DNA of 64,000 nt from a virus, in the IMG/VR virus record IMGVR_UViG_3300036790_000219, positions 32,001 to 96,000 of that record; one strand, given 5' to 3'. The notes below the pieces were generated by a model. The model ran no database searches. It was not told the DNA's origin and saw nothing but the letters and a program-made list of their open reading frames with translations. Each line of letters begins with the position of its first letter. The stretch's first letter is position 1. The translations under genes and the position numbers were made by a program. Of the stretch, positions 8,958-17,675 are shown one piece after another.

Positions 8958-11056
8958 TGGCTCCTCGTTACCGTCCTACATCGTCTGTGCCTACTTTGGA
9001 TTCGGCAACGTTTATGCCGAAGCAGCCTAGGCATGCTTATGTGCGGCCCGGTAAGGTTATTGGTCGGGCTTCGATTAAGCAATCCACCATTAAGAAGGTC
9101 GCACAGGAAGGTAAGCAACTTCGTAAGTCTGCCACTGGTGACTCCTTCCAGAACTTCGCCCTCAATTTAGGCATTGGTACCAACAATGCACTGAGCCAAA
9201 GTCTCTACGGCTTCTACCCAATCACGCGGGTTAGAACACTTTTAGATTGGATCCATCGCGGTAGCTGGATCGGGGGAATTGCCGTAGACTTGCTGGCAAA
9301 TGATATGACGCGCGGTGGGGTGGAGATCCTAACCATAGAAGATCCTCAGAAGGTTGAGAAGCTGCAGCAAGGCATCACCCGTCTCCAGATCTGGAAGAAG
9401 CTGTGCTCAACAGTAAAGTGGTCCCAGTTGTACGGGGGTTGTCTGGCGGTCTTGCTGATTGATGGTCAGGATCCCAAGACGCCGCTACGTATTGATACCG
9501 TCACCAAGAATCAGTTCAAGGGATTGATGGTCCTCGACCGGTGGATGGTTGACCCTGACTTACAGCGGTTAGTTGCTGACTTCGGCCCCCACCTCGGTGA
9601 ACCAGAATGGTATCGTGTGGTAGCAGATGCTCCCGCCATGCGTAACCAGTCCATTCACTACACTCGCTGTATCCGGTTGCTTGGAATTGAGTTGCCATAC
9701 TGGCAGTGTATTATGGAGAATCTCTGGGGCTTGTCGGTCTTTGAGCGCATCTACGATCGCATGGTGGCGTTTGATTCCGCCACGACCGGTGCGGCGCAGC
9801 TGGTGTATAAGTCCTATCTGCGCACGTATAAGATGGACGGCTTGCATGAGGCGGCCACTGCAGCCGGTGACGCACTCGTCGGTATCTCTCAGCGCGTTGA
9901 GTTGATGCGTAAGTACCAGTCTATTGAAGGCATAACCCTACTCGACAGCAAGGATGAGTTTGCTGATACTGGTGGTGCGTCGTCGAGCTTCTCTGGTATT
10001 GCTGACTTGATGCTGCACTTCGCGGAGCAGTTGTCGGGTTCGCTCCAAGTGCCGTTAGTGCGGTTATTGGGTCAATCCCCTGCTGGTTTGAACTCCACGG
10101 GGGAAGCAGACCTGCGGACGTACTACGACAACATTCTACAACGTCAGGAGCACGATCTGCGTGAGGGTATGAACACGGTTCTCCGTGTTCTGGCTAATTC
10201 CCTTGCTATCAAGCTGCCGGAGGAATTCAATTTTAACTTCGTACCGTTGTGGCAACTCGATGAAACTGAAAAAGCTGATGTCGCCGATAAAACCACACGG
10301 ATGGTGTTGGAAACCGAAGCCGGTGGGTTGGTCTCTCAAAAGACGGCACTCCAAGAATTGCGGCAACTCGCCCGCGTCACGGGGCGGTGGACGAACATTG
10401 ACGACAAGATGATTAATGAGGCTAACGACGTCGCCGAACCGCCTGAAGCTGAAATGGGGGCCGCTGCTGAAGGCGGCGAGGGAGGCGAGGAAGAGGCCAA
10501 AGGCGGTGAGGGAGGCAAACCCCCTGGCGGAGAGAAAGGCTCCTCTGCAGCCGAGCTAAAGGGTTTAGAGGGCTTCAAACAGATCCGGCGGGCGGTGGGT
10601 GGCGGGAGCGACCGGGCTTTTGATTCTTACCAGCTTCCGGTCAGCGAAATAGCAGGTTTGCAGATTGTTATAGAAAACCAGGCCGGAACTATTCGTTCAG
10701 GGGAAGGGTGGAGCGTAGTAATGCCTTGTGCGTATGGTTATATAAGAAGGGTAGGGTCTGCGGAAGGGGCTGACGAATATTTGGATTGCTTTGTAGGACC
10801 AAATACGAGTTCTCGTGATGTTTGGGTTGTTGATGCAGTAAATCCGGAAACTGGGAAGTTCGATGAGCATAAAGTCATTCTTGGGGCAAAGACCTCTCAC
10901 GAGGCGCTTGATTATTTTCGCAAGGCTTACGACGATGGCGCAGCCAGACGTATAGGGGCAGTTACGCACTTTGACATGTCGGAGTTGCGATACAAAAACT
11001 GGATTGCTAGGGGCGATAAGCGACGACCACTTGCGATGGATCGAGTTGCGGCATGA
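8957..11056 (+). CDS. Portal protein (DUF1073/HI1409 type) with C-terminal inorganic-pyrophosphatase-like domain
   Basis: Portal motifs (LDRWMV, PLVRLLGQSPAGLNSTGEADLRTYYD), a Gly/Glu linker, then YGYI...DEYLDCFVGP...FDEHKVILG. Confidence 0.88.
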   Translation: MAPRYRPTSSVPTLDSATFMPKQPRHAYVRPGKVIGRASIKQSTIKKVAQEGKQLRKSATGDSFQNFALNLGIGTNNALSQSLYGFYPITRVRTLLDWIHRGSWIGGIAVDLLANDMTRGGVEILTIEDPQKVEKLQQGITRLQIWKKLCSTVKWSQLYGGCLAVLLIDGQDPKTPLRIDTVTKNQFKGLMVLDRWMVDPDLQRLVADFGPHLGEPEWYRVVADAPAMRNQSIHYTRCIRLLGIELPYWQCIMENLWGLSVFERIYDRMVAFDSATTGAAQLVYKSYLRTYKMDGLHEAATAAGDALVGISQRVELMRKYQSIEGITLLDSKDEFADTGGASSSFSGIADLMLHFAEQLSGSLQVPLVRLLGQSPAGLNSTGEADLRTYYDNILQRQEHDLREGMNTVLRVLANSLAIKLPEEFNFNFVPLWQLDETEKADVADKTTRMVLETEAGGLVSQKTALQELRQLARVTGRWTNIDDKMINEANDVAEPPEAEMGAAAEGGEGGEEEAKGGEGGKPPGGEKGSSAAELKGLEGFKQIRRAVGGGSDRAFDSYQLPVSEIAGLQIVIENQAGTIRSGEGWSVVMPCAYGYIRRVGSAEGADEYLDCFVGPNTSSRDVWVVDAVNPETGKFDEHKVILGAKTSHEALDYFRKAYDDGAARRIGAVTHFDMSELRYKNWIARGDKRRPLAMDRVAA

Positions 11057-11793
11057 ACTATTGTAGAATTTATCGACAACTTATGCAGCGAGCTAAAACC
11101 CGGCAACCGCTGTTTGGTTGTTACTACGAGAGACACCATGTCAAACCTCGGTGTCTTGGTGGTTTGGATTTGAACCGGAATCTGGTTTTACTCACGGCTG
11201 AGGAGCATTATGTAGCACATCAATTATTGGTAAAGCTTTATCCAAACAATCGGAAGATTATTTGGGCAGCTTTGGCGATGACACGGGGTGCAAAAGGAAA
11301 TCGAGTATCTAACAAATGTTACGGTTGGTTGCGAAGAAAATGGTCAGAAGTCCAAACCAAAAATAATACCGCCAAATCGATCGAAGCCCGGCGAAAGATC
11401 AGCGCCCACGCTAAATTACGTACTGGTTCAGCTAATCCAATGTTTGGAAAGAGGCACCGGCAAGAGTCTTGTGCCTTAATAAGTAAGAATTTGACGGGGA
11501 AGAATACTGGTTCAAAACCTCCGCGTACTCCTGAGCATTGCACAAATCTTAGTGCTTCAATAAAGCAGGGATTCGTTGATGGGAGAAAAGTTAATTTTAA
11601 GGGGGATAGTCACAAGCCAGAGACTATCGAGGTTCTTAGAGTAAAAGCCCTTGAACTGTGGGAACGACAAAAGGCTGCGGGTTTTACGGTATCCAAGGCA
11701 ATGCGAAACAAGCAGCGAGAGGCCCTTCTTAAGTTCTGGGCAGATAGAAAAGCACGGGGATTAACTGGGCGACTTGGATCAGAATGCGCCTAG
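11053..11793 (+). CDS. HNH homing endonuclease with NUMOD3-like repeats
   Basis: ERHHVKPRCLGG...NLVLLTAEEHYVAH; NPMFGKRH; AT-richer than flanks. Confidence 0.9.
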   Translation: MNYCRIYRQLMQRAKTRQPLFGCYYERHHVKPRCLGGLDLNRNLVLLTAEEHYVAHQLLVKLYPNNRKIIWAALAMTRGAKGNRVSNKCYGWLRRKWSEVQTKNNTAKSIEARRKISAHAKLRTGSANPMFGKRHRQESCALISKNLTGKNTGSKPPRTPEHCTNLSASIKQGFVDGRKVNFKGDSHKPETIEVLRVKALELWERQKAAGFTVSKAMRNKQREALLKFWADRKARGLTGRLGSECA

Positions 11794-12275
11794 TAATTAG
11801 TAATCACACGGCGCGTACTTGTGACGCTGAAAATGGGAGCGCCGTGATACGGGCGATCAAGCAGGCACAGCGTACAGACCCGCTCCAATATATGAAGGGT
11901 TTGAAGAAGATCCGACTCGTCCCAGACCGAGATGACTGGAATGCTAAGTACGACGCCGACGACGATGAGGTTCTACTCGAAGGCAAGTTCCTTGACAAGC
12001 CACTTAATGATATGGTCCAGGTTCTGCTACACGAGGCAGGCCACCGGGGCCAGTCTAAGGATTCTAAGACGTACGAGGCATTCAAGCGTCGTGGGCTGAA
12101 CTTGCTGTCGTTCTTCTTGGCGATGGCGAACAAGGCCCACCGTGAAGACTATGCTCGCAAGGGTGAGATCCCAAATATTGCTGAGGAAGTGTTTGCTGAG
12201 TCCTACTCCCGGTTTGCCTTAAAGCTGGACATGCCGGAAACACTCCGCAAATTTTGGCAGGAGAGAATACAATGA
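11784..12275 (+). CDS. HExxH metallopeptidase-like protein with NH...TxD leader
   Basis: LLHEAGH and EEVFAESY motifs; N-terminus MRLVISNHTARTCDA. Confidence 0.7.
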   Translation: MRLVISNHTARTCDAENGSAVIRAIKQAQRTDPLQYMKGLKKIRLVPDRDDWNAKYDADDDEVLLEGKFLDKPLNDMVQVLLHEAGHRGQSKDSKTYEAFKRRGLNLLSFFLAMANKAHREDYARKGEIPNIAEEVFAESYSRFALKLDMPETLRKFWQERIQ

Positions 12276-12796
12276 CTCATATCGTTGTTCACAACTATCT
12301 GCCGAAACGCCGGACGAAAGACGCTCGTCCTTTAGCCCGTCAAGCAGTTGAGTTGACTTATGAAGAGGACGGAAAGCAATATAAGAGAAACTTTTCTACA
12401 GCAGAAGAGCAGGAGGCTTGGGTACGGTCTAAAGGTAATACAGTAAAGGTTATTTCACGTGAGAAAATTGTAAAGGACCGCCACACCCGTGGGGATGCAA
12501 GAGCGGGCGTCCACCCCTTCCGAAAAGGCGCTGATGTTGAAGTAAAGAATACTGGGAAAATTGGCTCAGTTATTGAGTCCGACGAGGACCGTACACTTGT
12601 CGATTGGCGGAATGGAAAGACCTCTCGGATTGACACCGATCGGTTGGTTTACTTCACCAGTTCTAGAGGCAAAGACCGCCACACACGCGGTGACCAAGGC
12701 GCTGCTACAATAGTTCGTCCGGACTCCAAGATCGGCAAGTACGGCGATGCTGTGAGTGGTGTGACTGGCTTGCCGAAGAAGGCTAACGGGCGTTAA
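12272..12796 (+). CDS. Leader-bearing modular protein with two internal KDRHTRGD repeats
   Basis: MTHIVVHNYLPKRRTKDA; the second module is KOW/SH3-like (KGADVEVKNTGKIGSV). Confidence 0.75.
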   Translation: MTHIVVHNYLPKRRTKDARPLARQAVELTYEEDGKQYKRNFSTAEEQEAWVRSKGNTVKVISREKIVKDRHTRGDARAGVHPFRKGADVEVKNTGKIGSVIESDEDRTLVDWRNGKTSRIDTDRLVYFTSSRGKDRHTRGDQGAATIVRPDSKIGKYGDAVSGVTGLPKKANGR

Positions 12797-12800
12797 AGCC

Positions 12801-13271
12801 GTGCACGTCGTCGTTCACAACCACCTTCCGCGTCGCCGAGCTCTCGATGCTCCTGGGGGAACCGCACTTTCCCAGTTGAAAGCATTCCTTGGTTCGCCAC
12901 GGGTGTCTAAGGAAGTGGCTAAGGAAGCCGTGCGGGTTTTAGGCAAGCATACGTACAAACACGGTGTCGGGCTCTCGGGCCACACGGCCGTTCATGCTGC
13001 GGTGCTTTTTGGCGTTTCCCAACTTGGCGGCGGTTCGGCTACCGAAGCAGTAGCAGCAGCGGTGGCAGGTTATGCCGTCACAGAAGTAATGAAGAAACTC
13101 GGTCTCACCTCAGAGAAGGCTGCTCAGCTTTTAAGTGTGTTGAGCCGTAAGCTTCTTGCTGCGTACCGAGAATGGCGAAAGGACCACGAGCTCTTCCGGT
13201 TAACCCCAGTTCATGATGCTCAGGATCCAATTGAGGTTGGTCTTGAGCGGTTTGCCCAAGCGTTGGCATGA
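12801..13271 (+). CDS. Leader-bearing protein with a hydrophobic Ala/Gly-rich central region
   Basis: MHVVVHNHLPRRRALDA. Confidence 0.75.
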   Translation: MHVVVHNHLPRRRALDAPGGTALSQLKAFLGSPRVSKEVAKEAVRVLGKHTYKHGVGLSGHTAVHAAVLFGVSQLGGGSATEAVAAAVAGYAVTEVMKKLGLTSEKAAQLLSVLSRKLLAAYREWRKDHELFRLTPVHDAQDPIEVGLERFAQALA

Positions 13272-13417
13272 TCCAACACCTTCTCTTCCTCCTATTCGCG
13301 GTCTTTGCTGGGGCGGTCGTCTACCACTGGACTTCTGGAGTGGCTTTGATTGTGCTTGAATTTCTAATTGGTGGCGCGGTGGCCTGGTCCATCCCCAGTA
13401 TGGTTAGACATGATTGA
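13268..13417 (+). CDS. 49-aa membrane protein
   Basis: Hand translation MIQHLLFLLFAVFAGAVVYHWTSGVALIVLEFLIGG...; ATGA overlap with upstream. Confidence 0.55.
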   Translation: MIQHLLFLLFAVFAGAVVYHWTSGVALIVLEFLIGGAVAWSIPSMVRHD

Positions 13418-13622
13418 TGGAATTCTTCTGATAAGATTAGAGGATTGCGCCGCGTCCTCACGTCTCGGAATGGCCGACAAGGCTTTTCCACAAGATCTTG
13501 CACGGTTAGCGGCCCGTGGCCTCGTTGCTGCTGCCGATGGTGGTGGCTACAAAGTCACAGTTGACGGGTTGGCGTTCCTCCGCGTAGCGAAGCAGAGTTA
13601 TGAGCGACAAGAGCAAGTTTGA
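13410..13622 (+). CDS. Small winged-helix-like protein
   Basis: LARLAARGLV...YKVTVDGLAFL. Confidence 0.5.
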   Translation: MIDGILLIRLEDCAASSRLGMADKAFPQDLARLAARGLVAAADGGGYKVTVDGLAFLRVAKQSYERQEQV

Positions 13623-13854
13623 GATTTCCAATATCCCGGACGATAAGGCGGATGTTCGGTTTGCCCAACACCTTGTGGGCTTGAACGCCAAGCCCTCGGG
13701 ACGTATGCGTGTTGTGGTAGAAACCGGCCGTATTGAAATTGAATGGGTGGGGGCTATGGGTGCTATCTTCCTGCCTATTCCTGGGGTGTCAAAGAAGACA
13801 GCTGAGAACCTTGGCCCCCATGACCAAGTAGGCCGCGTCCGGCTTGATGGCTAG
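13600..13854 (+). CDS. Hypothetical protein
   Basis: ORF in operon context. Confidence 0.5.
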   Translation: MSDKSKFEISNIPDDKADVRFAQHLVGLNAKPSGRMRVVVETGRIEIEWVGAMGAIFLPIPGVSKKTAENLGPHDQVGRVRLDG

Positions 13855-13857
13855 AAA

Positions 13858-14340
13858 ATGCAAGTTCATCCCCTCTTTGATCTTGAGCAACAAGTCTGGG
13901 TGGCAGAATCTGGCGTCGTTGCTAAAACACTTCGAGAGCTTCAGCAGAAGCTTCCTGGAGCAGAAATAATTGGGTACTACCCAAACGGCTATCAAGAGAC
14001 GGGACGTCAGACCTGGCCTCTTGTTGAAGGGCGCTTCTTTCTCCGGTCTAACTACCGGTCATCAAAGAAAGTTCAGAAGCGTCGTATCCTTCATGAAAAG
14101 CGATTAACCCAAGAGAAAGCTGAGTTGGAGCGTATTGAGGGTGAGCTCGCCCAAGAATCCAAACAGGTAGCCCCGCTCCATACCAATGGTCACACAGGGG
14201 GATGGTTACCAGAGCAAGATTCCCTCATTCGCAGAGGGGCAGCACAGGGTTGGTCGGCCGCTCAGGTGGCTGGTTTGACAAACAGGACACGTGCTGCGGT
14301 CCTCGGGCGTGCTCACAGATTAGGCATAAGCTTTCGTTAG
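13858..14340 (+). CDS. Protein with C-terminal GcrA-like HTH
   Basis: WLPEQDSLIRRGAAQGWSAAQVAGLTNRTRAAVLGRAHRLGI matches the GcrA N-terminal domain pattern. Confidence 0.75.
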   Translation: MQVHPLFDLEQQVWVAESGVVAKTLRELQQKLPGAEIIGYYPNGYQETGRQTWPLVEGRFFLRSNYRSSKKVQKRRILHEKRLTQEKAELERIEGELAQESKQVAPLHTNGHTGGWLPEQDSLIRRGAAQGWSAAQVAGLTNRTRAAVLGRAHRLGISFR

Positions 14341-14477
14341 TATGTTGGTTTTGGGAAGGAGTGAGTTGATTCCTTTCGGACTCGCTTCTTCTACGGCCCT
14401 GCTCAGGTTAACGGTACCCCCGTCCCCCGACACCCCAACCGTCCCTGAGCAGGGCCACTTTTAAGAGAGTTAATTAG

Positions 14478-14939
14478 ATGAAAGAATTCAACTCTGTTTC
14501 GTTCTTTGCTGTGGAGAAGATGTCTGACGAACAGCTTCGTGCGCATGTTCGAAGTCTCCAAGACCGGGTAGAGCAACTTGAGTACCTGTTGCTGGAGATA
14601 CCGAAGCACGACGTCAAGTTCAAGTTCTGCCACCTCACGCCGACAGAAGAACGTTACTTGGGGATGGTTTACACCCAATCTTTTGTCTGTACCAAAGAGG
14701 CTATTCTGATAGGGGTTTACGGTGGTCTTCCGGAATGTGACGTCCCAGAAATGAAGATCATTGATGTTATATTCTGCAAGATTAGAAAGAAGCTCAAGCC
14801 CTTCGGTGTACAGATTGAAACCATATGGGGGCGTGGCTACTTTCTCGACCCAGAAAACCGTGCTAAGATGCGGGCCTTGATTGTGGCGTCACAAGACATC
14901 GTCGCCCCACTCGCGGGTGTTCTTAGAAAAGCTGGTTGA
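14478..14939 (+). CDS. CtrA-like winged-helix DNA-binding protein lacking a receiver domain
   Basis: HLTPTE...TKEAIL..VYGG...PEMKIIDVIFCKIRKKL...IETIWGRGY parallels the CtrA C-terminal domain. Confidence 0.82.
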   Translation: MKEFNSVSFFAVEKMSDEQLRAHVRSLQDRVEQLEYLLLEIPKHDVKFKFCHLTPTEERYLGMVYTQSFVCTKEAILIGVYGGLPECDVPEMKIIDVIFCKIRKKLKPFGVQIETIWGRGYFLDPENRAKMRALIVASQDIVAPLAGVLRKAG

Positions 14940-15316
14940 TGAGCGTGCTCACACGTAGGCAACTTGCTCTTGGTCTGGCTGTGACTGGTGCAGCTGCTGG
15001 CTTCCCAGCGCCCAACAGTTTTGCACACGGAATGATTGTAAATGGGCAGGTCGAAGTTGGGGATATCTCCTGGGCTTCGCTCTACCAAGATCTTCGCAGT
15101 ATCTATGAAGAGTATTACGATACTACCCTCGTCCCAGGATCTGCCTGGGATGTGCTTTTGCAGTTGTATGCTGAGCATGTTTACCGGGTTCAGTCTTTGA
15201 CTATTAATGTCAACTTGGCGGATTTCAATTCTGGGGAAGAGTCGTTCCGTGATCTTCTTGGTGATGACCCAACGCTTCCCAACAAGAAGAAAAAGGGACT
15301 TGTGAACGTTGCATGA
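14936..15316 (+). CDS. Hypothetical protein with Tat-like N-terminus
   Basis: LTRRQLALGLAVTGAAA twin-arginine-like motif. Confidence 0.5.
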   Translation: MMSVLTRRQLALGLAVTGAAAGFPAPNSFAHGMIVNGQVEVGDISWASLYQDLRSIYEEYYDTTLVPGSAWDVLLQLYAEHVYRVQSLTINVNLADFNSGEESFRDLLGDDPTLPNKKKKGLVNVA

Positions 15317-15507
15317 GGGTTATCGTCCACAACTACATGCCGGGAACGGTACGGGACGCTGCCACAGCAAGCCGAAAGCCGAAGGCCCACAAACACAAAC
15401 ATTCTCACGACCACACTCAGGAGTGTGGGGATACTTGTGCGTGTGATGACTGTCGTGAGGACAGAGGCTTCTTACCCTTCCGTGATTCGAAGCCCCGTAA
15501 GAGCTAA
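15313..15507 (+). CDS. Leader-bearing His/Cys-rich small protein
   Basis: MRVIVHNYMPGTVRDA; HKHKHSHDH and CGDTCACDDC. Confidence 0.7.
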   Translation: MRVIVHNYMPGTVRDAATASRKPKAHKHKHSHDHTQECGDTCACDDCREDRGFLPFRDSKPRKS

Positions 15508-16323
15508 ATGCCTCGTAGACCGCCTAGAAGAGACACCGCAGAAATGCGGAAGACGTGGCTGCGTGCCCGACGCGCGGAGCATCAGTTCGGGCGGGGTCTC
15601 CGTTCTCTAGCGCGACGCTGTGGTGAGCTTACCCAGCAGATGTACGACCGGCGAGACCCACTGGGTTCTTCGGCGCGGCTTCGTACCCTACTTAGGAACT
15701 ATGCCCAGGCACTCCGACCTTGGGCCCAAGAGACTGCCAAACGGATGGTACTGGATGTGTCGCGGCGTGATGAGGTCTTCTGGGCTGAGCGATCTAAGGA
15801 GATGGCTCGCAATCTGATTGAGGAACTCAAGACCGCGCCAACTGGCGTAGCGTTACGCGAACGAACTCAGGAAGCAGCGGCGTTAATTATGTCGTTACCA
15901 CTCGAGGCGGCTCAGCGGATTGAGAAGTTCACGGTCCAAGCTTTGACTGACTCGTCCCGTGCTGACGAGGTTGCTAAGGAGATTATGCGGACCGGGCACG
16001 TGGCTAAGGGACGAGCGAATTTGATTGCCCGTACCGAGGTCTCTCGAACGGCTTCGCTCCTCGTCCAGGTTCGTTCTGAACACGTTGGTGCAGAAGGTTA
16101 TATCTGGCGCACTTCCAACGATATCGACGTTCGTAAAGAACACAAGCGATTGGCTGGTAAATTCGTTCGTTGGGATGCACCTCCCGTAGCTGGTCCAAAG
16201 GGAATGCGTTATCACGCAGGACAAGGTCCGAATTGCCGGTGTTACGCAGAAATAATTCTGCCGGAGTATGCACCTAATGGTTGGCGTGCTCCAAGATTTC
16301 GTGCTGAGGCTGTGAATGTGTGA
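15508..16323 (+). CDS. MuF/SPP1 gp7-like minor head protein
   Basis: ARTEVSR...YIWRTSNDIDVRKEH...HAGQGPNCRC. Confidence 0.9.
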   Translation: MPRRPPRRDTAEMRKTWLRARRAEHQFGRGLRSLARRCGELTQQMYDRRDPLGSSARLRTLLRNYAQALRPWAQETAKRMVLDVSRRDEVFWAERSKEMARNLIEELKTAPTGVALRERTQEAAALIMSLPLEAAQRIEKFTVQALTDSSRADEVAKEIMRTGHVAKGRANLIARTEVSRTASLLVQVRSEHVGAEGYIWRTSNDIDVRKEHKRLAGKFVRWDAPPVAGPKGMRYHAGQGPNCRCYAEIILPEYAPNGWRAPRFRAEAVNV

Positions 16324-17110
16324 GTTGTACAAAATCATTTTTCCAAATGGTAAGCTTTATTTTGGGATGTCAATTAATGCCCTTCGGCGCTTTAAAGGGC
16401 ATATTAAATCAACCACAAACAAATCAAAATTACCTGTTCATAATGCAATGCGAAAATACGGTGTAAATAATTGTAAGGTTATGATTATTTGTGTAGGTTC
16501 TACTTCCTATATTGCGAAATTAGAGCAATGGGTCATTGCAAAGTATCAAACCCAAAGTAGAAAATTTGGCTACAATGTTTGTATTGGGGGTGAAGTTGGC
16601 CCAATGACTGGAAGAGGGCATTCACAAAAGTCTCGACGTAAAATGAGCATGAGCCAGCGAGTACGTATACGTACTGAAGAAGAATTAGCTCGCCTTGCTA
16701 CGTATGGGCGTTATGAACGGTCACCAGAAACACGTGCAAAGAATGGTGCTAGTATGGTGGCCCGCCATGCACGTGGTGAGATTCCGTTAGATACTCCGGC
16801 GCAATTAGCTGCATTTGAGAAAGGTAGATTGCCCAGGCCTTGTAAGGAAAAAACAAAGATCAAACTAAGCAAAATAATGTCTGGACGCCCTGGCAAATAT
16901 TATTACCATAGTCCGGAAGCGATACAACGTGCTTCTGCTTCGCGAAAAAAGTGTTGGAAACAAAAACGGGCGGAGTCAATCCAGTGTGGTGTTCCGTTGC
17001 TTTCAGCAACACAAGAAAAGGCTCTTGCTCGCGCACGTGCGGTGCGTTGGCATAAACCGCGCACGCGGTCTGCCCCCCGGTTCCGTGCGGAAGCTGTAGA
17101 GGCCCTCTGA
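16316..17110 (+). CDS. GIY-YIG homing endonuclease
   Basis: ELYKIIFPNGKLYFGMS...R...LEQ...GYNVCIGG; basic C-terminal repeats. Confidence 0.85.
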   Translation: MCELYKIIFPNGKLYFGMSINALRRFKGHIKSTTNKSKLPVHNAMRKYGVNNCKVMIICVGSTSYIAKLEQWVIAKYQTQSRKFGYNVCIGGEVGPMTGRGHSQKSRRKMSMSQRVRIRTEEELARLATYGRYERSPETRAKNGASMVARHARGEIPLDTPAQLAAFEKGRLPRPCKEKTKIKLSKIMSGRPGKYYYHSPEAIQRASASRKKCWKQKRAESIQCGVPLLSATQEKALARARAVRWHKPRTRSAPRFRAEAVEAL

Positions 17111-17394
17111 TGCACATCACTGTTCACAACCACCTTCCGAAGCGGAAGACACGTGATGGTGGGGAGTCAAACGCAACCGAGCAAGTCAACAAGTTTGGTT
17201 CGTTGGACTACCTCTCAAATATGTACCAGTTCTCTGGTTTGGCCGAGTGGCCTGACGGCAAGAAGACAGGCATGTACTTCATGGCAAAGACGCTGGAAGA
17301 AGCCAAGCAGCGATTTAAGTCACAGGTTAATTCTGGTGGCTGGCCAAAGATCACGAATGTGAAGCTTGCTAAAACCCGGCCTGAGCCACGGTAA
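17110..17394 (+). CDS. Small protein with shared HNHLP...TxD leader
   Basis: MHITVHNHLPKRKTRDG. Confidence 0.8.
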   Translation: MHITVHNHLPKRKTRDGGESNATEQVNKFGSLDYLSNMYQFSGLAEWPDGKKTGMYFMAKTLEEAKQRFKSQVNSGGWPKITNVKLAKTRPEPR

Positions 17395-17675
17395 TGTCTA
17401 GTCTCTCGCCGTTCGATTATCTGAAGCTTCGAACGCGAATCGACCAGCTGGTTGAGGATGGCTTCCTCATTCAAGGGGAGCACCCAAATAGCCTAAAGGT
17501 AACTCGTAAAGGAATAGACGCTCTGATGGCGTGTGCTGAGCGTCCTGTTCCGAAGCCCGCTCACATCCACTTGACTGTGGATGAGCGTGAGGCTCTCATA
17601 AAGAACCGCCATGGGCGGACACGTCGTAAACACAATCCCGACAATCTTGAAGGAAAGGGACTCGAAGATGCGTAA
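17394..17675 (+). CDS. Small winged-helix-like protein
   Basis: IDQLVEDGFL...LKVTRKGIDAL. Confidence 0.5.
   Translation: MSSLSPFDYLKLRTRIDQLVEDGFLIQGEHPNSLKVTRKGIDALMACAERPVPKPAHIHLTVDEREALIKNRHGRTRRKHNPDNLEGKGLEDA

Noticed and set aside
14461-14473. CtrA box upstream of the CtrA-like gene
   Set aside because: Spacing is TTAA-N5-TTAA, not the canonical N7; I saw no full site by eye
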